DNA from: Methanocellales archaeon
GTDB lineage: Archaea > Halobacteriota > UBA148 > JAUWXC01
Assembly (NCBI GenBank): GCA_030610945.1
Contig: JAUWQV010000002.1
Span: 28,633-92,632, forward strand
Direction: 5' to 3'
DNA: 64,000 nt
Shown here: positions 42,598-52,497 of the stretch, in pieces
Layout of the letters: every line of letters starts with the position of its first letter
How positions within the stretch are numbered: the stretch's first letter is position 1
Translations under genes and position numbers: made by a program
The notes under the pieces: generated by a model
Database searches by the model: none
What the model saw: the letters and a program-made list of their open reading frames with translations, nothing else
What the model was told of the DNA's origin: nothing

Positions 42598-44690
42598 TGC
42601 AAAGAGTTGAAAAAATGCCAGGCGATACGGTTTCCAGGTGGGAAGAGTTCTTAGAACGGTACTACAAGGAGCATATCCTTCGGTTAGCCAGTGTGTATCC
42701 GGAGGAGAGGAGCCTGCTCATAGAGTTCCCAGATATTGTCAAAAAAGATCCAGAACTCGCTGATGTCTTGCTGGAGCGCCCCGATGACGTTTTGCCAGAC
42801 CTGGAAGAGGCTTTACAATCCTTTGCAACACCGACCGGTGAACCGCTCGACGAAGCGCACATCAGGATAATTAAGATTCCTGAAAGAGTTCAAATCAGAA
42901 AATTAAGAAGTGACCACATATCAAGGCTGATTGCGATAGAAGGATTGATACGCAAGGCAACGTCTGTTAGGCCTAAAATCATCAAGGCTGCTTTTAAATG
43001 CATGCGATGCGAACGTGTCACTTATCAAGAACAGGTTGGGACAAAATTCACTGAGCCATATACATGTGAAAATTGTAATAGAAATGGGCCATTCAAATTG
43101 AGTTTAAATGAATCGATTTTTGTAGATGCACAAAAACTGCAGATTCAGGAGTCTCCAGAGGATCTGAGGGGCGGGGAACAGCCCCAAACCCTTGACGTAA
43201 ACATAGAGGAGGACCTAACAGGAATTGTGACGCCAGGTGATAGGGTCATCGTCACAGGCATCCTTCACTCTTACCAGCGAACCTCTCCGGCAGGGAAAAG
43301 CACGTTTTTTGATGTATATCTTAGATGCATATCTATCGAAATACAGGAGCAGGAATTTGAGGAGCTGGATATCTCCAAGGAAGAGGAAAAGGAGATTCTC
43401 AAGTTATCGGAAATGCCAAATATTTACAAGATTGTGATTAATTCGATTGCACCTACCATTTTTGGATATGATGACATCAAGGAGGCGTTAGCACTTCAGC
43501 TGTTCGCTGGCATCCCCAAGTCCCTTCCAGACGGCACCAGGATAAGAGGCGACATTCATGTACTCTTGGTCGGAGACCCTGGCACTGCGAAGTCTCAATT
43601 GCTTAGATACATCGCGACACTTGCTCCAAGGGGCATTTATACCAGTGGCAAGGGTACGACAGCGGCTGGATTAACCGCCACCGCTGTTAAAGACGAATTT
43701 GGAGAAGGGCGTTGGACTCTTGAGGCAGGTGCGCTCGTGCTTGCAGATAAGGGCATTGCAGCAGTTGATGAGCTTGACAAGATGAGACAAGAAGATAGAA
43801 GTGCATTGCACGAGGCGATGGAGCAGCAGACCGTTAGTATAGCCAAGGCAGGTATCATGGCCATGTTGAGGTCGAGGTGCGCGTTGCTTGGTGCTGCTAA
43901 CCCAAAATATGGCAGATTTGACAGGTATGAGTCAATAGCAAACCAGATCAACTTGCCACCTGCGCTTTTGTCCAGATTTGACTTGATTTTTCCCCTTGCA
44001 GATGAGCCTGATGAGGCATTCGATGCAAAAATCGCAGAGCATATTCTTCGAGCTCACTATGCAGGGGAATTAGCAGAGCATATCAAGAAATTTCCTTCTG
44101 GAAAAGTCAGCGAGACAGATGTAGAATCTGCTATGGAGGTGATTCAGCCAGAGGTCGAGCCGGGGTTGTTTAGAAAATATATCGCTTACGCCAAGCGGAC
44201 ATATCCAATACTGAAAGATGATGCCAAGCAGCAGTTAATCGAGTTCTATTTAAGGCTCCGCAAACAGGGCATAGGCGTCGACTCTCCAGTTCCAGTGACT
44301 GCACGCTCTCTGGAAGCGTTAGTACGATTGGCAGAGGCTTCAGCAAGGATTCGATTGAGCGATGTTGTCACAGAAGATGACGCAAATAGGGCAATAAGAA
44401 TTATGGAATCGTGCATGAAGAAGGTAGCGATCGACCCTGAGACCGGGCAGTTCGATGTAGATATAATAGCAGTCGGAACCAGCAAGAGCCAGCGGGATAA
44501 GATCAAAATACTCAGGGAAGTCATACGAGAACTTGAGAAAGAGTATGGAGGGAGAGCGCCTAAAGAGGATATCTATGACAAGGCACAAGCACAGGGCATC
44601 TCCAAGGACATGGCAGAGGAACTTATTGCTAAATTAAAACAACAGGGAGATATCTTTGAGCCGGCTACAGGGTATCTCAAATTGGCATAG
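42597..44690 (+). CDS. mcm: MCM replicative helicase (no intein)
   Basis: CMRC...CENC, GDPGTAKSQ, VDELDKM, LLSRFD; start ATG 42597 or 42615. Confidence 0.98.
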   Translation: MQRVEKMPGDTVSRWEEFLERYYKEHILRLASVYPEERSLLIEFPDIVKKDPELADVLLERPDDVLPDLEEALQSFATPTGEPLDEAHIRIIKIPERVQIRKLRSDHISRLIAIEGLIRKATSVRPKIIKAAFKCMRCERVTYQEQVGTKFTEPYTCENCNRNGPFKLSLNESIFVDAQKLQIQESPEDLRGGEQPQTLDVNIEEDLTGIVTPGDRVIVTGILHSYQRTSPAGKSTFFDVYLRCISIEIQEQEFEELDISKEEEKEILKLSEMPNIYKIVINSIAPTIFGYDDIKEALALQLFAGIPKSLPDGTRIRGDIHVLLVGDPGTAKSQLLRYIATLAPRGIYTSGKGTTAAGLTATAVKDEFGEGRWTLEAGALVLADKGIAAVDELDKMRQEDRSALHEAMEQQTVSIAKAGIMAMLRSRCALLGAANPKYGRFDRYESIANQINLPPALLSRFDLIFPLADEPDEAFDAKIAEHILRAHYAGELAEHIKKFPSGKVSETDVESAMEVIQPEVEPGLFRKYIAYAKRTYPILKDDAKQQLIEFYLRLRKQGIGVDSPVPVTARSLEALVRLAEASARIRLSDVVTEDDANRAIRIMESCMKKVAIDPETGQFDVDIIAVGTSKSQRDKIKILREVIRELEKEYGGRAPKEDIYDKAQAQGISKDMAEELIAKLKQQGDIFEPATGYLKLA

Positions 44691-44692
44691 AC

Positions 44693-44983
44693 ATGTATCT
44701 CAAGATCTACAGAAGTGGACATCATGTAATGGTTGCGGTATGTGACAGGAGGCTCCTTGGAAAAACGTTTTCTGAAGGCGGACTCAGAATCGAGGCATCA
44801 GAGCTATTTTACAAGGGCGACATGGCTTCAGAGGGGGCAGTAGCAGAGGCACTTAAAGAGGCAACCATTGCCAATCTATTGGGAGAAAAGGCAGTTAGTT
44901 GTGCGCTAAAAAATGGAGTTATTGTGAAGGAGAATATCATAACCATAGGCGACGTACCGCATGCCCAGGCAGTGAGGATGTGA
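44693..44983 (+). CDS. DUF424 family protein
   Basis: VAVCDRRLLGK, FYKG, ATIANLLG, VPHAQ. Confidence 0.88.
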   Translation: MYLKIYRSGHHVMVAVCDRRLLGKTFSEGGLRIEASELFYKGDMASEGAVAEALKEATIANLLGEKAVSCALKNGVIVKENIITIGDVPHAQAVRM

Positions 44984-44987
44984 AAAT

Positions 44988-45692
44988 ATGGCGTCTCCTC
45001 TTTTTTGTCCCAACTGTGGCCGCGCATCAGAGGGTGGGCTCTGTGCCCAGTGCTTTCTGGAGCGTTTCGCTCTGGTCGAGTGCCCCCTGCTAGAAATCAA
45101 GGTCTGCCCGACCTGCGGCTCTTGCTTCTGGAGAGGAAAATGGATGGAGTGCGACTCCCTTGACCTAGCAACTTCGCTTGTGAAAAGTCAAGTGACGATT
45201 AATCCCGTGGCTGAAGACGTACACATTACGTTTAAGCCTGAACTGCTGGATAAGGGTGCCGTAAAAGTGCACATCGACGTCAATGCCGTGGTGAAATGCG
45301 AGAACGTATCCAGGGAATATGACATTATGGTCAAAGCCAAAAAGGAATCGTGCGATAGGTGCAGCAGAATTGCCGGGAGTTACTATGCTGCCATTGTGCA
45401 GATCCGGGCAGAAGGGCGTTTTCCAACAGCGGAAGAAAGGTCAAAATCTAAAAAGATCGTGCAGGATGTAATCCGAAGAGCCCAGAAAAGTGACAGAATG
45501 GCGTTCATCTCGAATGTAAAAGAGTTGAAAGAGGGCATTGATATCTACGTTGGCTCCATTAAAATCGGCAAGCAGATATCCAAGAGGATTGTCAGTGAAT
45601 TCGGCGGAGCATTCTCCGAGTCCGCAAAATTGGTTGGGCACAAGGATGGAAAAAACCAGTACAGGATTTCGTATGCGGTGCGCCTCAAATGA
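44988..45692 (+). CDS. NMD3 family protein (short form)
   Basis: CPNC, CAQC, CPTC, CDRC; YYAAIVQIRA, GIDIYVGS. Confidence 0.9.
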   Translation: MASPLFCPNCGRASEGGLCAQCFLERFALVECPLLEIKVCPTCGSCFWRGKWMECDSLDLATSLVKSQVTINPVAEDVHITFKPELLDKGAVKVHIDVNAVVKCENVSREYDIMVKAKKESCDRCSRIAGSYYAAIVQIRAEGRFPTAEERSKSKKIVQDVIRRAQKSDRMAFISNVKELKEGIDIYVGSIKIGKQISKRIVSEFGGAFSESAKLVGHKDGKNQYRISYAVRLK

Positions 45693-45715
45693 TTGATCCT
45701 GCGTAAAACAACAAC

Positions 45716-46123
45716 TCACCTATGCTTTACGAAACCTGTATATGCCCCCGCCACCAGCAAGATGATGCCAAGCCCAAGGGCGACATAACTTAAATCCTGA
45801 AGGACCGGCGGAGTTATCAATTCTGGGAAATCGACCAGATTTAAACTGCCCAGGAAAAAGCCGCCCAAGAACACGAATACCACTCCTACAAGAATCATGA
45901 GTGCAGATTTTAGTTTGGTAACGATGATACTCGACTTTTTCACATCTCTAATTTCCTTAGGCTTTTCTTGTATTCCTTGCTCTGGAGTTTTTCCCAGTGT
46001 TTTCTTGAGACGCTCTGCCTTGACTTCTCTAAACTGCTCCTTAAGTCGCTCCATCTTTATTTCTTCAAATTCCTGTCTAAGACGCTCGAGCTCTTCATCG
46101 GTCTTTGGCTGAATTTCCGTCAT
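45716..46123 (-). CDS. Hypothetical membrane protein (coiled-coil N-terminus, two TM helices)
   Basis: Repeated ERL[R/K] units followed by two hydrophobic segments; downstream of the ABC permease. Confidence 0.7.
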   Translation of the reverse strand: MTEIQPKTDEELERLRQEFEEIKMERLKEQFREVKAERLKKTLGKTPEQGIQEKPKEIRDVKKSSIIVTKLKSALMILVGVVFVFLGGFFLGSLNLVDFPELITPPVLQDLSYVALGLGIILLVAGAYTGFVKHR

Positions 46124-46146
46124 CTATACCACCATAATATGCCACT

Positions 46147-47346
46147 CTACTCATATCTAACTGCTTCGATAGGACTCATCATCGCTGCTTTTCTCGCTGG
46201 ATATAGGCCAGATACAACCCCCACCAAAATCGCGACGAGTATGCTGCCGATCGCGACGGTTGGGGTTACGATGGCTGGCATATCCATTCCCATATATGCG
46301 CTGGCTATCGTACATATCGCCTTGGCAACGATAGTTCCCAATATACACCCTAATATGCCACCTATCAGGCTAATCATCCCCGCCTCCACCAAAAATAAGA
46401 ACATGATGTTTCTGTTGGTAGCGCCGATCGCCTTCATGATTCCTATCTCATGTGTTCGCTCCATCACGGACATCAGCATGGTGTTCATGATGCCTATGCA
46501 TCCCACGACGAGTGCGATAGATGCGATGCCGACCAGCACGACCTGGATAATCATGAAAACGGTTCCTATTTGTTCCATCATTGAGGACATCGACATCGCC
46601 TCGGTGAAACCCTCCAAGTTGTGGTTTTCATCTATCTTTTCTTCGATATCCTCGGCGATTTCTTCTGCCCGATCGATATCGCGTATCTTGACCATCATCA
46701 TCGATACCTCATCCGTTCCCAAAACGTCTTGGGCAGATTTCGTCGTGAGAAATATGGTAGGGTCCAAGTCTGAGGAGGCGACCATACTAGCTTTTTCGAG
46801 GATGCCAACGACCACGAACTCTGACTCATTGATCGTTATGCGATCGTTGAGACCTATGTCATTTTTGAAGTACTCGTGCGCAACGTTGTACCCGATCATA
46901 CATCCCTTGTAATCCCTCTCGCGTATCCATCGTCCCTCTTGGAACACAACGTACTCTTCATACCACTCCTCTAGGTCGCATGGGTCGGCACCCATTACCT
47001 GGACCGGCATGCGCTCGCCTCTGTATTCGACCTCGACCATTTTATACATTAGAGGTGTTACATCTTTGACGCCACTAATCCTTCTCACATCTTCAATGTC
47101 CCTTTCCGTGAAGGCACCCAGCTCGACATAACCTAACCCTGGGATTAGCTTCCCGGGCATGACAGATATAGTGTCAGCAAAGCTGACAAGTTCCTCTGTT
47201 ATCGCGTACTGCATGCCATACCCTACTGCTATCAGTGAGATTATCGCCGCTATACCTACGGCTATACCCAAAAAGGTTAACAGGGAGCGGGTTTTGCGCT
47301 CCTTTATGTTCCTATATGCCAGGACAATGCCATCCATGCCGATCAT
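46147..47346 (-). CDS. MacB/FtsX-type ABC permease
   Basis: RSLLTFLGIAVG, IMNTMLMSVMERTHEIGIMKAIGA, GLYPARKAA. Confidence 0.93.
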   Translation of the reverse strand: MIGMDGIVLAYRNIKERKTRSLLTFLGIAVGIAAIISLIAVGYGMQYAITEELVSFADTISVMPGKLIPGLGYVELGAFTERDIEDVRRISGVKDVTPLMYKMVEVEYRGERMPVQVMGADPCDLEEWYEEYVVFQEGRWIRERDYKGCMIGYNVAHEYFKNDIGLNDRITINESEFVVVGILEKASMVASSDLDPTIFLTTKSAQDVLGTDEVSMMMVKIRDIDRAEEIAEDIEEKIDENHNLEGFTEAMSMSSMMEQIGTVFMIIQVVLVGIASIALVVGCIGIMNTMLMSVMERTHEIGIMKAIGATNRNIMFLFLVEAGMISLIGGILGCILGTIVAKAICTIASAYMGMDMPAIVTPTVAIGSILVAILVGVVSGLYPARKAAMMSPIEAVRYE

Positions 47347-48020
47347 TTTTCATCCCTCAGGATACCGTCCCTCATAGTAATAATTCTGTGCGCTCGCGCA
47401 GCAATTTCCGGGTCATGTGTCACGATGATGAGCGTCTCACCTTTGTCGTTTAGTTTCTCCAAGAAATCCATCATCACTTTGCCTGATTTTGTATCCAGAT
47501 TACCAGTTGGCTCATCACCAAGAATTACTGGTGGATTATTGGCTAATGCCCGGGCAATAGCAACCCTTTGTTGCTCGCCTCCACTAAGTTCTGAAGGTTT
47601 GTGTCTCGCCCTTTCGAGCAAGCCCAGGGTCCCTAATAACTCCTTCGCTCGTTCAATCCTTTTTTCACGTGCAACTCCAGTGAACATCATCGGAAACGCG
47701 ACGTTCTCCAACGCAGAGAGCGTATGAATCAAGTTGAACTGCTGGAAAATAAATCCGATTTTTTCGCGCCTAATTTTCGCCTGCCCGTCATCATTGAGCG
47801 TTGATGTGTCAGTGCCGTCGATAAAAACAGTGCCGCTTGTCGGGTGATCCAGGCAGCCTATCATGTTCAGTAAGGTTGACTTCCCAGAGCCGGAAGGTCC
47901 CTGTATGGCTACAAAGTCTCCCTTGTTTATCTCTAGGTTAACACTTCTGAGCACCGGTACCTCTATCTCGCCCATCCTGTAAGTTTTTGTCAGCTCAACG
48001 GTGCGAATCATTGTGCTCAT
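47343..48020 (-). CDS. ABC transporter ATP-binding protein (LolD/MacB-type)
   Basis: GPSGSGKST, LSGGEQQR, DEPTGNLD. Confidence 0.95.
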   Translation of the reverse strand: MSTMIRTVELTKTYRMGEIEVPVLRSVNLEINKGDFVAIQGPSGSGKSTLLNMIGCLDHPTSGTVFIDGTDTSTLNDDGQAKIRREKIGFIFQQFNLIHTLSALENVAFPMMFTGVAREKRIERAKELLGTLGLLERARHKPSELSGGEQQRVAIARALANNPPVILGDEPTGNLDTKSGKVMMDFLEKLNDKGETLIIVTHDPEIAARAHRIITMRDGILRDEK

Positions 48021-48023
48021 ATT

Positions 48024-49214
48024 TTAGCGCCTGCGCCGATATAGGTAGTATCCAACGGCTGATACAGCGATGATTACAATGATCGACAGGAGCGTTGATG
48101 GTAGTTCTACGGGAGTCTCAACGATGTCGATAGACACCGCATATGCTCCGGATTCATGAAATCCTCTGCCGTCTTTGTACGTCACTTTAAAGCCGATGTT
48201 ATGAGTTCCAAACGTTAGGTCTGACGTGTCAACGTCAAAGTTAGCTGAAAATACGTCATCTGGCTCCATCGTGCCTATGAACGCCTCTGAGGGTGTAAAG
48301 CGCCCGTCTGTTATGGGAACGACACTGACACCCGTAATGTCGCTTGACCTTGCATTTACAACGTCCAACTCAATCCTGGCGGTATCGCCCTTTGCAATCG
48401 ATGTTGGGTATTCGGCCAATATCAGTTTAACTCCAGAGCCTTCTCTTACATCTATAGAACACGTTAGACTTTCAGAATGGGGGTTATCGCCATTTTTGTA
48501 GGTTAGCACAAAGGTAACGTCTTTTTTACCTAGAGAAGTTGGATGTAAGGTAAACGTGGCAGTGGACTGCTCATCTGGCTTCATTGCACCCAAGAAAATC
48601 TCGGCAGGAGTGAACTCAATGCCATCTGCTGTTGGGGCTATGACCGTGCTGTTAATCGAATTCGGTCTTTTGTTTGCGATGGTTAGCTTCACCTTAGATG
48701 CATCGTCTTTCAAAATTACCGATGGTACATCAGATGCCGTAAGGGATACACTCGAGCTGTCTACTTTCACTGGTATCGGGTACTTGGCGCTTCTTCCACC
48801 CAGGACATCGATCCAGACCTCCGGGAAGTATGTATCCTCCTTGGCAGGAGCTTCTATTGTAAATGTGATTGTGATGCTCTGGCCAGGTCCAAGTTCGCCA
48901 ACGTTTCTGTAGTTGCCGCTAAGAACGGTCAGCCCGTGGCCGAACAGGTATATACTCTGAATATCCGCGTTGATTGTTGTAGTAGTGGTTGTGGTAGTAC
49001 CGCTCCCTCCTAGCGTGTATGTACTCGTGTCTACCTGTGTTGCTGTTGCCGCCGTATTTGTTATCGTGATCTTGATTGTGCCTATGTCACCCGGCATTAA
49101 CACCTCTGGATTTATCTGATAGCCCGTGACCACAACGGTAGGGGTATCCGCAATCGCGATTGCTGGTATAAGAAGTGCTGCAACGAGCAAAATGCACAAT
49201 ATTCTACTTTTCAT
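48024..49214 (-). CDS. S-layer-domain (COG1361-like) secreted protein
   Basis: Signal peptide, PEVLMPGD, Ig-like repeats, C-terminal TM plus RRRR; typically linked to MacB-type ABC genes. Confidence 0.82.
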   Translation of the reverse strand: MKSRILCILLVAALLIPAIAIADTPTVVVTGYQINPEVLMPGDIGTIKITITNTAATATQVDTSTYTLGGSGTTTTTTTTINADIQSIYLFGHGLTVLSGNYRNVGELGPGQSITITFTIEAPAKEDTYFPEVWIDVLGGRSAKYPIPVKVDSSSVSLTASDVPSVILKDDASKVKLTIANKRPNSINSTVIAPTADGIEFTPAEIFLGAMKPDEQSTATFTLHPTSLGKKDVTFVLTYKNGDNPHSESLTCSIDVREGSGVKLILAEYPTSIAKGDTARIELDVVNARSSDITGVSVVPITDGRFTPSEAFIGTMEPDDVFSANFDVDTSDLTFGTHNIGFKVTYKDGRGFHESGAYAVSIDIVETPVELPSTLLSIIVIIAVSAVGYYLYRRRR

Positions 49215-49257
49215 AGTTCTCCTCCTTTGAATCGGTTAAAAGCATCTAATTCTTCCA

Positions 49258-49755
49258 TCATCCTAATTTTGCCTCGATTGTCGTTATCTTCTCCTTAATT
49301 TTCTTCAAACTTGCTTTAAGCGTCGCTTTTTCTTTAGGATTTAGGCTAGCGATATCACGCTCCACATTATCTAATACGACGATCGATTTATCCACAAGGT
49401 GCGATATTATCTCGCCTTTATCCACAAATCCCTCTAGAAATGCCCCCATCAACTGTGTGTGCTCTTGCATTTTTTTACTATCAAAATACCGAAACAGTAT
49501 CTCTCGACCTTTTGCCGTTATCTTGTACTCTTTCTTGCCACCTATTGCCTTTGCAGACACACATCCTTTCTCGCTGAGCTGATTAAGCGCTGGGTACAGA
49601 GACCCTGGACTTGGTTTCCAAAGACCATTTGTCCTCGTTTTGACTTCCTCTGCCATTGCCGCCCCATACATATTCCTTTCAGAGAGTAATTTAAGCAGGC
49701 AGAATTTTAAAATACCTCTTGGAAGCGTATCCGGCGACAGGATGTCTTCGTGTAT
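49258..49755 (-). CDS. PadR-family transcriptional regulator (probable non-canonical start)
   Basis: PRGILKFCLLKLLSERNMYG...WKPSPGSLYPAL...KEYKITAKG; conserved N-terminus lies upstream of the first ATG (49671). Confidence 0.88.
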   Translation of the reverse strand: MHEDILSPDTLPRGILKFCLLKLLSERNMYGAAMAEEVKTRTNGLWKPSPGSLYPALNQLSEKGCVSAKAIGGKKEYKITAKGREILFRYFDSKKMQEHTQLMGAFLEGFVDKGEIISHLVDKSIVVLDNVERDIASLNPKEKATLKASLKKIKEKITTIEAKLG

Positions 49756-49839
49756 AATATCACATCCGATTATCTCATCCGATATTGTAACTTGCCCTCT
49801 TATAAATGTGATGCCTCGAGACTGGGCACTTTATATTGA

Positions 49840-50613
49840 TTAATCCACCTCAGTCTTCTCAAATAAATATGCACCTATGCCGACCATAACAATACAAAAG
49901 CACAGCAATACCAGGAAGTCCACAAGCAAATTAAAATGCGAGATGCCGATCAAGCACCCCCTTAAGCCATCAACCCCGTAGGTTAAAGGATCGATGTAAG
50001 CCAAGGCGATTAACCATGTTGGCAACCCTTCCAGAGGGAACAAGGCACCAGATAGAAGGAAGATTGGCATTATCACGAAATTCATAATTAATGAGAATCC
50101 ATGTATGTCCTTCATCCTGGATGCAATTGCTATGCCCAGACCTACAAAACCAGCGGAGATGAGAACCATAAACACCAGTGAGGAAAGAACCCCGAAAATT
50201 CCAACGATCTTACTTCCCATTCCAAGGGAGATTAGTAATATCAGGATTCCTTGGATCAGCGCCGTTGACACTCCGCCGAGAATTCTCCCCAAAACGATCG
50301 ATACCCTGCTGACCGGTGTGACCATTATCTCTTTTAGAAAGCCAAACTCCCTATCCCAGAGGACGGAGATTCCAGCCGTCAAAGAGGCAAAGAGCAGAAT
50401 CATTCCAATGACTCCTGGTGCAAGAAAGTCGATGTAATTGACGCCAGGAGGCATACCTGAAAACCTGACGTTCATAAAGCCGGTTCCGAGAAATGCGAGG
50501 AAGAAGAAAGGCATCGCTAACGAGCCGGCGATTCTGCTTTTCGCTCTGAAAAATCTTTTCATCTCCCTGAGCCACATCACGTAAATCGCCTCTAAGTTTA
50601 TCAGTTGTGCCAT
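49840..50613 (-). CDS. ABC-2 type permease
   Basis: YIDFLAPG, WDREFGFLKEI, LSGALFP, DPLTYGVD. Confidence 0.92.
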   Translation of the reverse strand: MAQLINLEAIYVMWLREMKRFFRAKSRIAGSLAMPFFFLAFLGTGFMNVRFSGMPPGVNYIDFLAPGVIGMILLFASLTAGISVLWDREFGFLKEIMVTPVSRVSIVLGRILGGVSTALIQGILILLISLGMGSKIVGIFGVLSSLVFMVLISAGFVGLGIAIASRMKDIHGFSLIMNFVIMPIFLLSGALFPLEGLPTWLIALAYIDPLTYGVDGLRGCLIGISHFNLLVDFLVLLCFCIVMVGIGAYLFEKTEVD

Positions 50614-51596
50614 CTTCGCCTCATCCTCTCCCTTACTTGATCTTTTACGCTGGTCTCCTCTTCCCTGATAGTCTTACCGACATAGTGCAAGAAAACGTCC
50701 TCCAGTGTGGGCTTGCGCAGACTCACTGACTGCACGACAACGCCTGCTTTCTGTGCAATATTCATGAGTTCAGGAATGCGTGTTTCCCCATTTTTTACGC
50801 TTAAATCCAGGAAACCGTCGTGTTCTTTCATCTTTTTTATCCACTTGAGTTTACCCAACATCGCGACGAAATTGTCTGCTGAATTGGAAATTTCTAAAGA
50901 GATGATGTCCACGCCGATCGAGTACTTCAGGTTTTTTGGCGCATCCAGGGCAACTATTTTTCCATAATCGATGATGGCAACCCTGTCGCAGAGGTAATCC
51001 GCCTCTTCTATGTAATGTGTTGTAAGGATTATCGTTATGTCCTCTTTTTTGTTTAGGTTTCTAATGTATTCCCAGATATGTCTCCTTGTCTGGGGATCCA
51101 AGCCCAGCGTCGGCTCATCTAAAAACAGAACCTCTGGATGATGCATCAATCCTCGCGCAATTTCCAATCTCCGTTTCATGCCTCCTGAATAATTTTCAAC
51201 CAAGACGTTTGCCTTGTCCTTTAACTCAACCAAGTCCAAGACTTCACTCATTCTCTCCTTTCTCAACTCCCCATCCATGCCGTACATCCTGGCATGGAAG
51301 TCTAGGTTCTCCTTGCCAGTGAGCCTGTTGTCCAGACTGGGGTCCTGAAAGATGATGCCTATACATCGCCTCACTTTGTCTGGGTCCTTTGTTACATCAT
51401 ATCTGGAAACTTTAGCTGTGCCACTGGTTGGCATCAAAAGGGTTGCAAGCATTTTTATGAGCGTGGTCTTGCCGGCACCATTGGGCCCTAATAGGCCAAA
51501 TAACTCTCCCTCCGCGATATTGATACTAACGTGGTCTACAGCCACTAAGCCGTCGAAAACTTTGGTCAAACCGTTAATCTCGATTGCATCCGCCAT
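50601..51596 (-). CDS. ABC transporter ATP-binding protein (DrrA-like)
   Basis: GPNGAGKTT, YSGGMKRRL, LDEPTLGLD, PTLEDVFL. Confidence 0.94.
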   Translation of the reverse strand: MADAIEINGLTKVFDGLVAVDHVSINIAEGELFGLLGPNGAGKTTLIKMLATLLMPTSGTAKVSRYDVTKDPDKVRRCIGIIFQDPSLDNRLTGKENLDFHARMYGMDGELRKERMSEVLDLVELKDKANVLVENYSGGMKRRLEIARGLMHHPEVLFLDEPTLGLDPQTRRHIWEYIRNLNKKEDITIILTTHYIEEADYLCDRVAIIDYGKIVALDAPKNLKYSIGVDIISLEISNSADNFVAMLGKLKWIKKMKEHDGFLDLSVKNGETRIPELMNIAQKAGVVVQSVSLRKPTLEDVFLHYVGKTIREEETSVKDQVRERMRRRWHN

Positions 51597-51655
51597 GCTT
51601 CCAACACTATAAAGGTCGCTAGGTATAAAACATTTCAATTGAATTGAAACAAGAG

Positions 51656-52486
51656 ATGATAGAAACACAAGCCCACACCACACTTTCCGACCTCCTTGCT
51701 GGCAAACTCAGCAAAAAGGAGCTGAAACTCCTGCCTAAAGGGTGGCAGATTCTCGGCGATATCATAATCGTCAGCATCCCGCCCCGGTTGGAAATCAGGA
51801 AATGTGTGATTGGCGAAGCTCTTCTCAGATTTTATCCAAGATGCAAGGCCGTGTTGATGATTAAGAGGATTTCAGGCCCGTACAGGGAGCCTGATGTCGA
51901 GGTAATTGCTGGCAGTGGCACGGAAACAACCCATAAGGAGAATGGATGCAGATTTAAGCTGGATGCCTCCAAGATCATGTTCTCGCCTGGCAACCTGGAC
52001 GAAAGAAAAAGGATGTCTAAGCTTGGCAAAGACGAGGTAATTGTAGATATGTTCGCCGGAATAGGATACTTCTCAATTCCCATGGCTGTCCATTCGAGAC
52101 CGGAGAGAATCATCGCAATCGAGGTCAATCCCCTTGCATATCGCTATTTGTGTGAGAATGTTAAACTCAATAAAGTGGAAGATATTATCTCCCCTATACA
52201 TGGAGATTGCGCCATAAAAACGCCAGTTGGCATTGCTGATAGGGCTATCATGGGCAATTTTGAGGCATCTCACTATCTGGCGCATGGAATAAACGCGCTT
52301 AAATCTGGTGGCATTCTTCACTATCACGAAACCACACCCGAAAAACTCGTTTTTAGTAGGCCGATTAAGAGGATTACAAGTGCTGCTAACGAACTGGGCA
52401 GAGCACTTAAGGTGCAAAGGTGCAGAAAAGTCAAGAAATACTCTCCTGGTGTCTGGCATGTTGTCGTTGATGCGCAAGTATTTTAG
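51656..52486 (+). CDS. Trm5/TYW2-family SAM-dependent tRNA modification enzyme
   Basis: HKENGC, MFSPGN, DMFAGIGYF, KKYSPGVWHVVVD. Confidence 0.88.
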   Translation: MIETQAHTTLSDLLAGKLSKKELKLLPKGWQILGDIIIVSIPPRLEIRKCVIGEALLRFYPRCKAVLMIKRISGPYREPDVEVIAGSGTETTHKENGCRFKLDASKIMFSPGNLDERKRMSKLGKDEVIVDMFAGIGYFSIPMAVHSRPERIIAIEVNPLAYRYLCENVKLNKVEDIISPIHGDCAIKTPVGIADRAIMGNFEASHYLAHGINALKSGGILHYHETTPEKLVFSRPIKRITSAANELGRALKVQRCRKVKKYSPGVWHVVVDAQVF

Positions 52487-52497
52487 TTTCGGACCCA

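Noticed and set aside
42597..44690. Inteins in mcm, rfcL or topA
   Set aside because: Lengths are normal and motifs are uninterrupted.
45968..46912. Long antisense ORFs (314 aa here; also 26514-27536, 17190-18032, 35691-36461, 9746-10378)
   Set aside because: Each mirrors a well-supported gene on the opposite strand and has no recognisable motifs; shadow ORFs.
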